Numbered from the stretch's first letter, positions 34,779 through 44,288 are shown. The stretch is 64,000 nt of DNA from Patescibacteria group bacterium (GCA_036845805.1 DAIUDD010000001.1:628-64627); one strand, 5' to 3'. Program-made: numbers and translations. The notes: generated from the sequence alone by a model not told the origin.

Positions 34779-36464
34779 ATGAATTTATCTCAAGCAACTA
34801 AAACTCGCTATAAATTAGCAGCTATTTTTGTCTTAGCTGTTTTTTGCGCACTGGTTGTTTATCCAAAAGTTCCGGCTGGGACGCCGTTGGAGAGTTTTTG
34901 GAATAAGACTAAATTTAAGCTCGGCCTAGATTTACAAGGTGGCGCTCATTTAGTTTTTCAAGCCGATACTTCACAAATTGATGCTCGGGATCAAGCTTCG
35001 GCTGTGGCTGGCACACGCGATGTCATTGAAAAACGCGTTAATGCTTTTGGTGTATCCGAACCAGTGGTGCAAACTAATCAAGTTGGCGACAGCTATCGCG
35101 TTATTGTGGAGTTGGCTGGTGTTAAAGATGTTAAAGAAGCTATTAAATCCATTGGCGAAATGCCCCTTTTGGAATTTAAGGAATTAAATCCAGAACAAAA
35201 AACAACCTTAACCCCAGAAGAAACTAAACAATTGGAAGAATATAATAACAATGCCAAAAAGAAAGCGGAAGAAATTTTAGCCCAAACCCTAAAACCAGGT
35301 GCTGATTTTAATCAGCTTGCCATTCAATACTCCGAAGACGAAGGTTCCAAAAACAGCGGTGGTGATTTGGGTTTTGCTAAACCCGGCATGTTTGTCACCG
35401 AATTTAATGATGTTATTTTTAATAAACAAAAAAACCCTGGCATTTATCCGCAAATTGTGCAAACCCAGTTTGGTTATCATATTATTAAAAAAATCGCCAC
35501 GCGCGGGGAAGGGGAGAATCTGGAAGTTAATGCCGCGCACATTTTAATTAAAACCAAATCTGAAACCGATTATCAACAATTAGATCAATGGTTAAATACT
35601 AAGCTTTCCGGCCGTCATCTAAAACGCTCCGAAGTGCAATTTGATCAAAACTCTGGCGAACCGCAAGTTGGTTTGGAATTTAATGATGAAGGCAAGGATC
35701 TGTTTGCTGACATTACCACCAGAAATGTGGGTAAACCTGTCGCCATTTTTTTAGACGGCGAAGCCATTTCTGTGCCCAATGTTAATGAACCAATTAAAGA
35801 GGGGCGAGCTGTTATTTCTGGTCGTTTTAATATTAAAGAAGCTAAACAACTGGTTGAACGTCTCAACGCCGGCGCCTTGCCTGTGCCAATTACTTTAATT
35901 TCCCAAGAAACCGTGGGCGCTTCTTTGGGTCAAGAATCTCTCGATAAAAGTTTGTTTGCTGGTTTGATTGGCATTTTAGCCGTGGCTCTTTTTATGATTA
36001 TTTTTTATCGCTTACCTGGTTTAATGGCCGTCATCGCCTTGGCTGTTTATGCTTTGATTAACTTGGCAATTTTTCAATTATTTTCCATTACTCTAACTTT
36101 GGCTGGTATTGCTGGTTTTGTTTTATCGGTCGGCATGGCTGTTGACGCCAATGTCTTAATTTTTGAGCGCTTAAAAGAAGAACTCCGCCATGGCCGCGAA
36201 TTAACCTCGGCTATTGATGAGGGTTTTAAACGCGCTTGGACTTCTATTCGTGATTCTAATATTTCTTCTTTAATTACCTGTGTCATTTTATATTGGATTG
36301 GCTCTTCCATGGTCAAGGGTTTTGCTTTGACCTTATTTATTGGTATTGTTGTTTCTTTGTTTTCAGCCATTACCGTTACCAGAATTTTATTAAAAATTTT
36401 GGTCGGTAAAAGTTTAAAAGAAAAAAAATGGCTCTTTGGCATCCATCAACATAATACTGCCTAA
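34779..36464 (+). CDS. secD: Protein translocase subunit SecD with an inserted parvulin-type PPIase-like domain
   Basis: C-terminal SecD TM bundle (GASLGQESL...LTLAGIAGFVLSVGMAVDANVLIFERL). The periplasmic segment DFNQLAIQYSEDEGSKNSGGDLGFAKPGMFVTEFNDVIFN...QFGYHIIKK resembles a PpiC/PrsA rotamase domain. Confidence 0.8.
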   Translation: MNLSQATKTRYKLAAIFVLAVFCALVVYPKVPAGTPLESFWNKTKFKLGLDLQGGAHLVFQADTSQIDARDQASAVAGTRDVIEKRVNAFGVSEPVVQTNQVGDSYRVIVELAGVKDVKEAIKSIGEMPLLEFKELNPEQKTTLTPEETKQLEEYNNNAKKKAEEILAQTLKPGADFNQLAIQYSEDEGSKNSGGDLGFAKPGMFVTEFNDVIFNKQKNPGIYPQIVQTQFGYHIIKKIATRGEGENLEVNAAHILIKTKSETDYQQLDQWLNTKLSGRHLKRSEVQFDQNSGEPQVGLEFNDEGKDLFADITTRNVGKPVAIFLDGEAISVPNVNEPIKEGRAVISGRFNIKEAKQLVERLNAGALPVPITLISQETVGASLGQESLDKSLFAGLIGILAVALFMIIFYRLPGLMAVIALAVYALINLAIFQLFSITLTLAGIAGFVLSVGMAVDANVLIFERLKEELRHGRELTSAIDEGFKRAWTSIRDSNISSLITCVILYWIGSSMVKGFALTLFIGIVVSLFSAITVTRILLKILVGKSLKEKKWLFGIHQHNTA

Positions 36465-36472
36465 GTTAATAT

Positions 36473-37399
36473 ATGCATTTAGCTATCGTTAAAAATCGCA
36501 ATAAATTCTTTATCTTCTCTGGGGTTTTAGTAATCCTCAGTATTATTAGTATTGCTGTTTGGGGTTTGAATTTTGGCATTGATTTTACCGGCGGTTCTCT
36601 TTTGGAAATTAAAATTAATAATGCCGAATTAATGAGTGCTTCTGATTTTTCCAACAAAATTACTACTCTCATGCCAACCTTGGGTGAAGTCCGCGTTCAA
36701 CCCTCTTCCGATGGCGGATATCTTATTCGTTTAAAACATCTGAGTGAAGAAGAACATCAGCAATTATTAAGAATGGCAACCGAAATTTTTAATGATCAAA
36801 ACAAAGACGTGCAAATTGAAGAAAAAAGGTTTGAATCTATCGGTCCGGTTATCGGTCAAGAATTAAAGGTTAAAGCTGTTTGGGCCATAATTTTGGCCAT
36901 GATCATGATTATTCTCTATATTGCCTATTCTTTCCGTCACGTTAGTAAACCAGTGGCTTCTTGGAAATATGGCGTCGGTGCTGTTATTGCTTTATTTCAT
37001 GATATTATTATTGTTACCGGTATTTTTGCTGCCCTCGGGCATTTTTTTGGCTATGAGATTGATTTATTATTTGTTTCCGCCCTTTTAACCATTTTAGGTT
37101 TTTCTGTTCATGATACCATTGTCGTTTATGATCGCACGCGGGAAAATTTAATTCATAATCCACAAAAAACTTTTGAGGATACCGTTGATAAAGCCACTAA
37201 TGATACCATCACTCGTTCCATTAACACTTCCTTAACCGTGTTTTTTGTTTTACTGGCCATGTATTTATTAGGTGGTGATTCTACTCGTAATTTTGTACTC
37301 GCTCTTTTAATTGGCGTCTTTTTCGGCACTTATTCTTCAATTTTTGTTGCCTCAACCCTGCTTGTTGTCTGGCATAAACTTGGCCTTAAGAAAAAATAA
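36473..37399 (+). CDS. secF: Protein translocase subunit SecF
   Basis: INFGIDFTGG and six TM helices, located immediately after secD. Confidence 0.9.
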   Translation: MHLAIVKNRNKFFIFSGVLVILSIISIAVWGLNFGIDFTGGSLLEIKINNAELMSASDFSNKITTLMPTLGEVRVQPSSDGGYLIRLKHLSEEEHQQLLRMATEIFNDQNKDVQIEEKRFESIGPVIGQELKVKAVWAIILAMIMIILYIAYSFRHVSKPVASWKYGVGAVIALFHDIIIVTGIFAALGHFFGYEIDLLFVSALLTILGFSVHDTIVVYDRTRENLIHNPQKTFEDTVDKATNDTITRSINTSLTVFFVLLAMYLLGGDSTRNFVLALLIGVFFGTYSSIFVASTLLVVWHKLGLKKK

Positions 37400-37436
37400 T
37401 TTCGGTCATCATCTGTCTCTATTTTTAAGGCGGCAC

Positions 37437-37472
37437 GTCGACGTGCCGCCTTCCTTTATTTATTAATTTTTT
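37437..37472 (+). terminator. Intrinsic terminator after secF
   Basis: Perfect palindrome aaggcggcacgtcgacgtgccgcctt followed by a T-rich run. Confidence 0.6.
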
Positions 37473-37617
37473 GTCTTTTCCTTGTCACTCACCTTAATTT
37501 CTCTCGCCCGCCAAGTGGCTGAAGGCGAAACCAGTGGCGAGCAGGCAATTTCTTTATTTCTCAATTTATTTTTTATTCATTTGACATTTTTTTCTAATTA
37601 TTGTATGATGATTATAT

Positions 37618-38754
37618 ATGACAGATCAAATACTCGATAATTTAATAAATTTTAGCCAAAATCAGGCAAAAAATCAGTTTTCTGCTCCAGAAATAGTTGA
37701 TTCTATTTTGGCCTTAATTAGTGACCGTGAGGCCAGTATTTTGCGTCAGCGCTATGGTTTAAATAATCAAAAAACACGTACTCTCGAAGCAATTGGTCAA
37801 AGTTTAAATTTAACTCGGGAGCGGGTTCGCCAAATAGAAAATCAGGCTGTCAAAAATATCTTAAAAAATAAGCGCTACGAAGAAATAGTCGCCCCTTTTC
37901 AGCGTTTAATTTTTTCTCTGGTTGCCGAACACGGCGGCTTAATGTCCGAAGATTGTTTAATTTCTAAATTAAAAGAAATGTCTATTGGCCAGCCAGACGT
38001 AGTGCCCTTTCTTAAATTTTTGTTAGCCAACTTTGTTACCGGTTTAGAACGTTTAGAGCAAGGTAATTTTAAGCCTGGTTGGCGTTCTTTAGATTTAACT
38101 TTGGAATGGGTGCAAAATATCCTTAATACTTTTGAAAAAATTTTAAACGAAAAAAATCAAATTATGGCGCACAGTGAATTAATGGATGCTTTTAAACAAA
38201 GTGAATTTTATCAAAGTGAACAAAATCACTGGCAAGAATTATTAGCAGCTAATAATCGTAATTTAGAGCAAGTAATCAATTCCTACCTTCTAGCTAGTCC
38301 CAAGTTTGCTCAAACCCCCTTTAATCAGTGGGGCCTGACCAGCTGGGGCAGTGCTTCTCCCCGTCGGATTAATGGTAAAATTTATTTATTGATGCTCCAT
38401 AAAAAACAACCGATGCATTTTACCGAAATTGCTGATTTGATTAATAAACACTGGAGTGATGAACGCCAAGTTAAAACCGCCACCGTGCACAATGAATTAA
38501 TTTTTGATCCGCGTTTTGTTTTAATTGGCCGTGGTCTTTATGGCTTGAAAGATTGGGGTTATCAAGAAGGTAATGTAGCGGATATTGTAATTGAAGTCTT
38601 AAAAAATAGCACGACCCCATTAAGTGAAGCTGAAATAATTAAGCAAGTAAAAGATAAAAAACAGGTTAAGGAAGCCACTATTAGATTAGTTTTAAAGAAT
38701 AAAGATAAATTTGAAAAATCCGCAGATAATACTTATCATTTAAAAGCCAGTTAA
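37618..38754 (+). CDS. DNA-binding protein: sigma-70 region-4-like HTH plus two C-terminal HARE-HTH-like winged helices
   Basis: ILRQRYGLNNQKTRTLEAIGQSLNLTRERVRQIENQAVKNI is sigma region 4. C-terminal MHFTEIADLINKH...GRGLYGLKDWGY and IVIEVLKNSTTPLSEAEII...YHLK are HARE-HTH-like. Confidence 0.45.
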   Translation: MTDQILDNLINFSQNQAKNQFSAPEIVDSILALISDREASILRQRYGLNNQKTRTLEAIGQSLNLTRERVRQIENQAVKNILKNKRYEEIVAPFQRLIFSLVAEHGGLMSEDCLISKLKEMSIGQPDVVPFLKFLLANFVTGLERLEQGNFKPGWRSLDLTLEWVQNILNTFEKILNEKNQIMAHSELMDAFKQSEFYQSEQNHWQELLAANNRNLEQVINSYLLASPKFAQTPFNQWGLTSWGSASPRRINGKIYLLMLHKKQPMHFTEIADLINKHWSDERQVKTATVHNELIFDPRFVLIGRGLYGLKDWGYQEGNVADIVIEVLKNSTTPLSEAEIIKQVKDKKQVKEATIRLVLKNKDKFEKSADNTYHLKAS

Positions 38755-38855
38755 TTAACATGGCTGCCGAGCAATCGGTGTCTTTTCTATTTAATATTTT
38801 TGAAGGCGAGGTTCCAGAACCTCGCCTTCATTGTTTATTAGCCATCTATTCTTAA

Positions 38856-38910
38856 ATCTTAAATCACCTGCCCGCTATCGCTACGCTCAAGCGTTGCTGG
38901 CGGGTAAATT
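38856..38910 (+). repeat. Conserved GC-rich box, copy 2
   Basis: Identical 51-mer to 34651-34705; a palindrome gaaggcgaggttccagaacctcgccttc lies just upstream at 38806-38833. Confidence 0.75.
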
Positions 38911-38962
38911 TTAGATTTTTCTCTTGTTTTTATTTTAATGTTTTTATGTTATAATATTAACT

Positions 38963-40402
38963 ATGGAAATACTCCTAAATTATTTATCCAATTGGGGACT
39001 GAAAAGCGATAATCCTTGGGATGTTTTTGCTTTTATTTTTACCCACGGTGGTTTTATTTTGGTTTTTTGGGTTTTAATTACTGGGTTTATGCTTGTTTGG
39101 TTAGAATGGCGCCAGGGAAAATTTTCTAGTCAGTTAAAATGGGTTTATCTGGCCATTGATGTCCCGCGCAATAACGAACAATCTCCCAAGGCAGTGGAGC
39201 AAATTTTTAATCAACTTTGGGGTATTATTAAAGGCCCAACTTTTGTCGAAAAATGGCTTGATGGTTATGGCCAGGTTAATTATAGTCTAGAATTAGTTTC
39301 CATTGATGGTTACGTGCAATTTGTTATCAGGTGTCTAGCTGGTGTCAGAGATGTGGTCGAGGCTGCTATTTATGCCCAATACCCTGAAGCACAGATTACT
39401 GAAATTGAAGATTATGCGAAAAATTTTACACCAGATAATTTTAAAGAATTGGGTTATGATTTATGGGGCGCGCAAATTGGCATTATTAAAGACGAAATGT
39501 ATCCCATTCGCACTTACCCTGTTTTTGAACACGCCATTACTAAAACCAAAGAATCAATTGGTATTATCGATCCCCTGGCCGCGCTTTTAGAAATTTTTAG
39601 CCGTTTTAATAAAGGTGAACAAGGTTGGTTGCAAATTACCATTCGACCAGTCGATGATTCTTGGAAAGAAAAGTGTTTAAAAGAAGTTCAAAAAATAATT
39701 GGTGCTCCTACTAAACCGCCAGCGCCGGGTTTGGTTGATCAGTTGCTAGACATGCCGGTTTCTGCGGTTAGTAAATTTGCTGATCAAATGTTTATTCCCG
39801 CTTCTGTTAAAAGTGACGAAAAAAAACAAGACGTACCTTCCAAAATGTTATATTTATCACCGGGTGAAAGACAGACAGTTGAAGCCATTGATAATAAAGC
39901 CACCAAAACCGGTTTCAAAGCGAAAATTCGTTATATTTATCTCTATAAAAAAGAGGTTGGTAATAAATCAAAGGGTGTTTCGGGAGTAATGGGGGCGCTT
40001 AAACAATTCAGTGCTCTAAATTCTAATGGATTTAAACCGCTTGGACCAACCGTCACCAATTCTAATCTTATTTTTAAATCTTTGCGTGAAAAAAAGAAGC
40101 TTGAATTACAGAGAAAAATTTTAAAATCTTATAAATCGAGAAGTTCGGGTTCCGGCATTAGCGAGAAAGGTTATTTTATTTTAAACACGGAAGAACTAGC
40201 TACTCTTTATCACTTTCCCTATAAGGGCGTGGCTGGCACTTCGGTCAAGGCTGTTAGCGCTAAGCGAGCCGAAGCGCCTTATACTTTGCCTTATGACGAG
40301 GAAAAAGAAGAGACAAAATCGAATAGCGCTCCCACGGTTAATAAAGCAGACAATCTGGGCGTAGCTGATAAGTTGTCAGCACCAGATAATTTACCCATGT
40401 AA
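38963..40402 (+). CDS. Membrane-anchored hypothetical protein (479 aa)
   Basis: N-terminal TM hairpin then a large soluble domain with no recognisable motif; located 9 bp upstream of a TraG/VirD4-like ATPase gene. Confidence 0.35.
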   Translation: MEILLNYLSNWGLKSDNPWDVFAFIFTHGGFILVFWVLITGFMLVWLEWRQGKFSSQLKWVYLAIDVPRNNEQSPKAVEQIFNQLWGIIKGPTFVEKWLDGYGQVNYSLELVSIDGYVQFVIRCLAGVRDVVEAAIYAQYPEAQITEIEDYAKNFTPDNFKELGYDLWGAQIGIIKDEMYPIRTYPVFEHAITKTKESIGIIDPLAALLEIFSRFNKGEQGWLQITIRPVDDSWKEKCLKEVQKIIGAPTKPPAPGLVDQLLDMPVSAVSKFADQMFIPASVKSDEKKQDVPSKMLYLSPGERQTVEAIDNKATKTGFKAKIRYIYLYKKEVGNKSKGVSGVMGALKQFSALNSNGFKPLGPTVTNSNLIFKSLREKKKLELQRKILKSYKSRSSGSGISEKGYFILNTEELATLYHFPYKGVAGTSVKAVSAKRAEAPYTLPYDEEKEETKSNSAPTVNKADNLGVADKLSAPDNLPM

Positions 40403-40411
40403 TTTTATTTT

Positions 40412-42145
40412 ATGGTTAATAATAATGAAGAAATTACTTATTTTGCGCGGACTAATTACCGCAATCAGAATAAAAAATTCGGCATCAAATTAGATGATCG
40501 CCGTCGGCATATGTATGTGTTGGGAAAAACCGGTGTGGGTAAAACCACTTTATTGAAAAACATGATTATTCAAGATATTGATAATGGCCATGGTTTGGCC
40601 TATATTGATCCACATGGTGATGATGTCCAAGAAGTTTTAGAGTGTATTCCCGCTCATCGCACTAATGATGTTATCTATTTTAATCCGGCCGATTTGTCTT
40701 ATCCGATTGCATTTAATATTTTGGAAAACATCAATCCCGATTATAAGCATTTGGTCTCTGATGGTTTGATGGGTGTTTTTACTAAAATTTGGGCCAACAT
40801 GTGGTCAGCCAGAATGGAGTATATTTTACGTAATTGTATTTTGGCGCTTTTAGATTCACCCGGCAATACTCTGCTTGGTATTATGCGTCTTTTAGTCGAT
40901 AAAGAATTTCGTCGAAAAATTGTCGAAAAAATTCAAGACCCAGTGGTCAAAACTTTTTGGGTAGAAGAATACGCCAATTATAATGAACGTTTCCGTACCG
41001 AGGCGATTGCGCCTATTCAAAATAAAGTTGGACAGTTTTTATCTTCAGCGGTAATAAGAAACATTGTCGGTCAGCCCAAATCCACTATTGATATCCGTGA
41101 TTTTATGGATAACGACAAAGTTCTTTTAATGAATTTATCTAAAGGAAAAATTGGTGAAGATAATTCCAATTTGCTTGGCGCCATGATGATTACTAAAATT
41201 CAATTAGCGGCCATGAGTCGAGTTGATATTACCGAGGCCGAACGGAGTGATTTTTTCCTCTATGTTGATGAAATGCAAAATTTTGTCACCGAATCTTTTG
41301 CCGATATTTTATCTGAAGCCAGAAAATATCATTTGGGTTTAATTTTATCTCATCAATATATTGCTCAACTATCAACTCCCGAAAGCACCAAGGTTCGTGA
41401 TGCTGTTTTTGGCAACGTGGGCACCATTGTTTGTTTTCGTGTTGGTGCTGATGATGCTAAATTTTTAATTAAAGAATTTGAACCATATTTAACCGAAGAA
41501 GATTTGGTTAATATTAATAATCGGGAAATTTATTTAAAATTAATGATCGACGGTGTTAATTCCCGTCCTTTTTCTGCCTCCACTTTGGCGCCATTTTCCA
41601 TTGGCCGGCGGAGCGATAAGACCGCCGAAAAAGTGATCAAGGTTTCTCGCGAGCGTTATGCTAATCCCAGAGAAGAAGTCGAAGAGAAAATTATGCGCTG
41701 GCTTAATTTAGATGAAACCTTTAAAGCTCAAGCGGCTGAAGGCAAGCTCGCTGGTGACGAAGCCATTTTTCGTGCCAAAACCTCGAGTGAAAAAAAATCG
41801 ACCGAAATCGTTAAATCCAACAAAAAAAATGTCGAGCTTAAAGCCGTTTGTGATAATTGCGGGGCTGGCACTGTCCTATCTTTTATTCCGAAACCAAATT
41901 TAAATATTTTTTGTAAAGATTGTTTGAAAAAATTTAAGGATGGAAAAATTGATGTGGCTAAACTAACTTTTCATAATAGTGAATTATTTGCTAATTTAAA
42001 TCAAAACAAGCCCGCTCCTACAGAAACGCCGCCTGTTATTACCCAAGTTAAAGAAGTTTCTCTTACTGATTTAAACCGTCTGGCTGTTGAAGAAAAATCG
42101 GCTCAACCCCAAGACTTAAATCCAGGCCAGCGAGTAAAATTATAA
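40412..42145 (+). CDS. P-loop NTPase related to TraG/VirD4/TraD coupling proteins (AAA_10/DUF87 clan) with C-terminal zinc ribbon
   Basis: Walker A VLGKTGVGKTTLL followed by YIDPHGD, Walker B FFLYVDEMQNF, and a C-terminal CDNCG...CKDC. Confidence 0.45.
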   Translation: MVNNNEEITYFARTNYRNQNKKFGIKLDDRRRHMYVLGKTGVGKTTLLKNMIIQDIDNGHGLAYIDPHGDDVQEVLECIPAHRTNDVIYFNPADLSYPIAFNILENINPDYKHLVSDGLMGVFTKIWANMWSARMEYILRNCILALLDSPGNTLLGIMRLLVDKEFRRKIVEKIQDPVVKTFWVEEYANYNERFRTEAIAPIQNKVGQFLSSAVIRNIVGQPKSTIDIRDFMDNDKVLLMNLSKGKIGEDNSNLLGAMMITKIQLAAMSRVDITEAERSDFFLYVDEMQNFVTESFADILSEARKYHLGLILSHQYIAQLSTPESTKVRDAVFGNVGTIVCFRVGADDAKFLIKEFEPYLTEEDLVNINNREIYLKLMIDGVNSRPFSASTLAPFSIGRRSDKTAEKVIKVSRERYANPREEVEEKIMRWLNLDETFKAQAAEGKLAGDEAIFRAKTSSEKKSTEIVKSNKKNVELKAVCDNCGAGTVLSFIPKPNLNIFCKDCLKKFKDGKIDVAKLTFHNSELFANLNQNKPAPTETPPVITQVKEVSLTDLNRLAVEEKSAQPQDLNPGQRVKL

Positions 42146-42264
42146 ATAATAATAACAAATCAGAAATTAGAAGCTCTAAATTTTAAATAAATTATAGTTT
42201 TTAATTTTTAATATTAAAATTTAAATATTGTTTAGAATTTCGAATTTAAGATTTGGAATTTTTT

Positions 42265-42693
42265 ATGAAAATCCTTGCTCTCGACTATGGCGTTAAAAAT
42301 ATTGGCCTTGCCCTCACCGATGTTGAGGGCAATTTTGCTTTTGCCTATGACACCTTGCGCGTAGAGACACAAAATTTTGCGTCTCTACAAAAAATAATTG
42401 CTGATTTAAAAAATATTTGTGCTAAAGAAAAAGTGGAGAAAATAATTATTGGCTTGCCCGTACAATTATCTGGAGAAAATAGTTCTGCTACTGTGGCCGT
42501 GTTTGAGTTTGTTAAACAACTAGAGCAGGGGATAGGTTTGCCAGTAGAAACCATTGATGAGCGCTGGAGCACCATGCAAGCTCACAAAATTAGTAGGGAC
42601 AGGTCGCGACCTGTCCGTGCCAATAATATCGATGCTCTTTCCGCCCAAATTTTATTGCAAGGGTATTTAGAAAAAATAAGAATTACTAATTAA
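42265..42693 (+). CDS. ruvX: Putative pre-16S rRNA nuclease / Holliday junction resolvase-like RuvX (YqgF), with in-frame 24-bp palindrome
   Basis: MKILALDYGVKNIGLALTD and RNase H-like fold. The insertion SRDRSRPVR is encoded by 42593-42616. Confidence 0.8.
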   Translation: MKILALDYGVKNIGLALTDVEGNFAFAYDTLRVETQNFASLQKIIADLKNICAKEKVEKIIIGLPVQLSGENSSATVAVFEFVKQLEQGIGLPVETIDERWSTMQAHKISRDRSRPVRANNIDALSAQILLQGYLEKIRITN

Positions 42694-42756
42694 TACAAAT
42701 ATACTAATATACTAATATTTTTAAATTTGTATATTCGTAATTTTTTGTCATTCCAG

Positions 42757-42796
42757 CGAGCTTTAAGTTGCCAGTGGCAAGTTAAAGCTGGAATCC
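42757..42796. repeat. GTCAT-family long hairpin
   Basis: gtcattccagcgagctttaagttgccagtggcaagttaaagctggaatcc forms a ~20-bp stem with one mismatch. Confidence 0.6.
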
Positions 42797-42844
42797 AGAA
42801 AAAACAAAAATAAAAAAGCCGCCGATTGCTCGACGGCCAAAGCG

Positions 42845-43042
42845 CTAGAATATTATTTTGGACATTTTTGTGGCCAAAAAAGTAGCCACAACGATCGAGA
42901 TGGTCCCGATCAAACAAATAACCAAAATAATCCAGCTAATCTTGTATATTTTTTGAAATTTGTGGCGGTTTGGCATTACCGCCGCCACCACCACCGCCGC
43001 GGCTATTCCGACCGCTCGAAACAACTCGAAAAGATTATCCAT
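42845..43042 (-). CDS. Small hydrophobic protein (65 aa), GC-rich
   Basis: Two TM helices (AAAVVVAAV..., IILVICLIGTISIVVATFLA); GC is well above background. Confidence 0.3.
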   Translation of the reverse strand: MDNLFELFRAVGIAAAVVVAAVMPNRHKFQKIYKISWIILVICLIGTISIVVATFLATKMSKIIF

Positions 43043-43092
43043 AAAATCCTCCTCCTTTTTATCAATTTAAATAGTAGCATATTATTATTATT

Positions 43093-44187
43093 ATGTCAAT
43101 AGTAAATAATTTAAAATACATTTTTCCATTTCTTTTTTCGCTAATATTAGCGCTTATTTTAACTCCCTTAATTAAAAAATTAGCGGAAAAATTTAAAATT
43201 TTAGACGAGCCAAAAAGCGAAAGAAAAACACATCAAAAACCAACTCCGTTACTTGGCGGTCTCTCTGTTTTTTTAGCATTTTTAATTACTTTAATAATTG
43301 TTTGGTTTTTGGGCTGGCTTAATGATGGAGTTTTAAAGTCAACACAAATTTTTGGAATAATTTTTGGCAGTTCAATTTTAATTATTGGTGGTTTTTTAGA
43401 CGATAAATATAATTTAAAACCTTGGCAATCTTTTTTATTTCCGCTCTTAGCCGTCATCATCGCCATTTTCTTTGGCATTGCTATTAAATATGTGACTAAT
43501 CCTTTTATCGCGGGCACTGGTCCCTATGGCCGCGCTTTATTTTATTTTGATTGGTTAAATTTGCCTGCCATTTCTTTTGGTGCTGTTTTTTCTTTCTTTT
43601 GGCTGCTTGGCATGATTTATACCACTAAATTTTTAGATGGCCTTGATGGGCTTGTTACTGGTGTTGGCACCCTTGGCGCCGTGATTTTATTTATCGTTTC
43701 TCTTTTTTGGGACGTGCCCTTAAGCGGCACTTCTTTAATTTGCTTAATTTTAGCTGGCGCGCTCTTGGGTTTTTTAAAATATAATTTTTATCCAGCTAAA
43801 ATTTTTTTAGGCGAAGGCGGTTCCACTTTAATTGGTTTTCTTTTGGGCATATTGGCCATTATTTCCGGTGGCAAGATTGCCACCGCACTTTTAATTATGG
43901 GCATTCCAGTTTTAGACGTGTTGTTTGTAATTTTTCAGCGCTTATTTTCTCGCCGCCATATTTATGAAGGCGATCGCAAACACTTGCATTTTCGTTTTCT
44001 TGACGCCGGTTTTTCCCAGCGCCAAACTGTTTTTTTGTTATATTTTTTGACTTTAATTTTTGGCAGCTCAGCTATTTTTTTGCAAAGCCAGTCCAAAGTC
44101 ATTGCCATTGGCGTGCTTTTTTTGGTAATGATTAGTTTAGTTATTGCTGTGTCAATAAAATATAATAACAAGAATTACGATTTATGA
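43093..44187 (+). CDS. Polyprenyl-phosphate N-acetylhexosamine-1-phosphate transferase (MraY/WecA, glycosyltransferase family 4)
   Basis: 10-11 TM helices and NTKFLDGLDGL (NxxNxxDGIDGL-type) motif; HQKPTPLLGG. Confidence 0.8.
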   Translation: MSIVNNLKYIFPFLFSLILALILTPLIKKLAEKFKILDEPKSERKTHQKPTPLLGGLSVFLAFLITLIIVWFLGWLNDGVLKSTQIFGIIFGSSILIIGGFLDDKYNLKPWQSFLFPLLAVIIAIFFGIAIKYVTNPFIAGTGPYGRALFYFDWLNLPAISFGAVFSFFWLLGMIYTTKFLDGLDGLVTGVGTLGAVILFIVSLFWDVPLSGTSLICLILAGALLGFLKYNFYPAKIFLGEGGSTLIGFLLGILAIISGGKIATALLIMGIPVLDVLFVIFQRLFSRRHIYEGDRKHLHFRFLDAGFSQRQTVFLLYFLTLIFGSSAIFLQSQSKVIAIGVLFLVMISLVIAVSIKYNNKNYDL

Positions 44188-44239
44188 TTTTTTATTCTTA
44201 AATCGTAATTCTTAAATCTTAAATCGTTTTTTAAGTAAT

Positions 44240-44267
44240 TTGACTTTTTTTCGCCTTTTGCTATAAT
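44240..44267 (+). promoter_or_regulatory. sigma70-like promoter upstream of rplU (TTGACT-16-TATAAT)
   Basis: ttgactttttttcgccttttgctataat. Confidence 0.5.
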
Positions 44268-44288
44268 TAGCTTAATTAATGTATTTTT

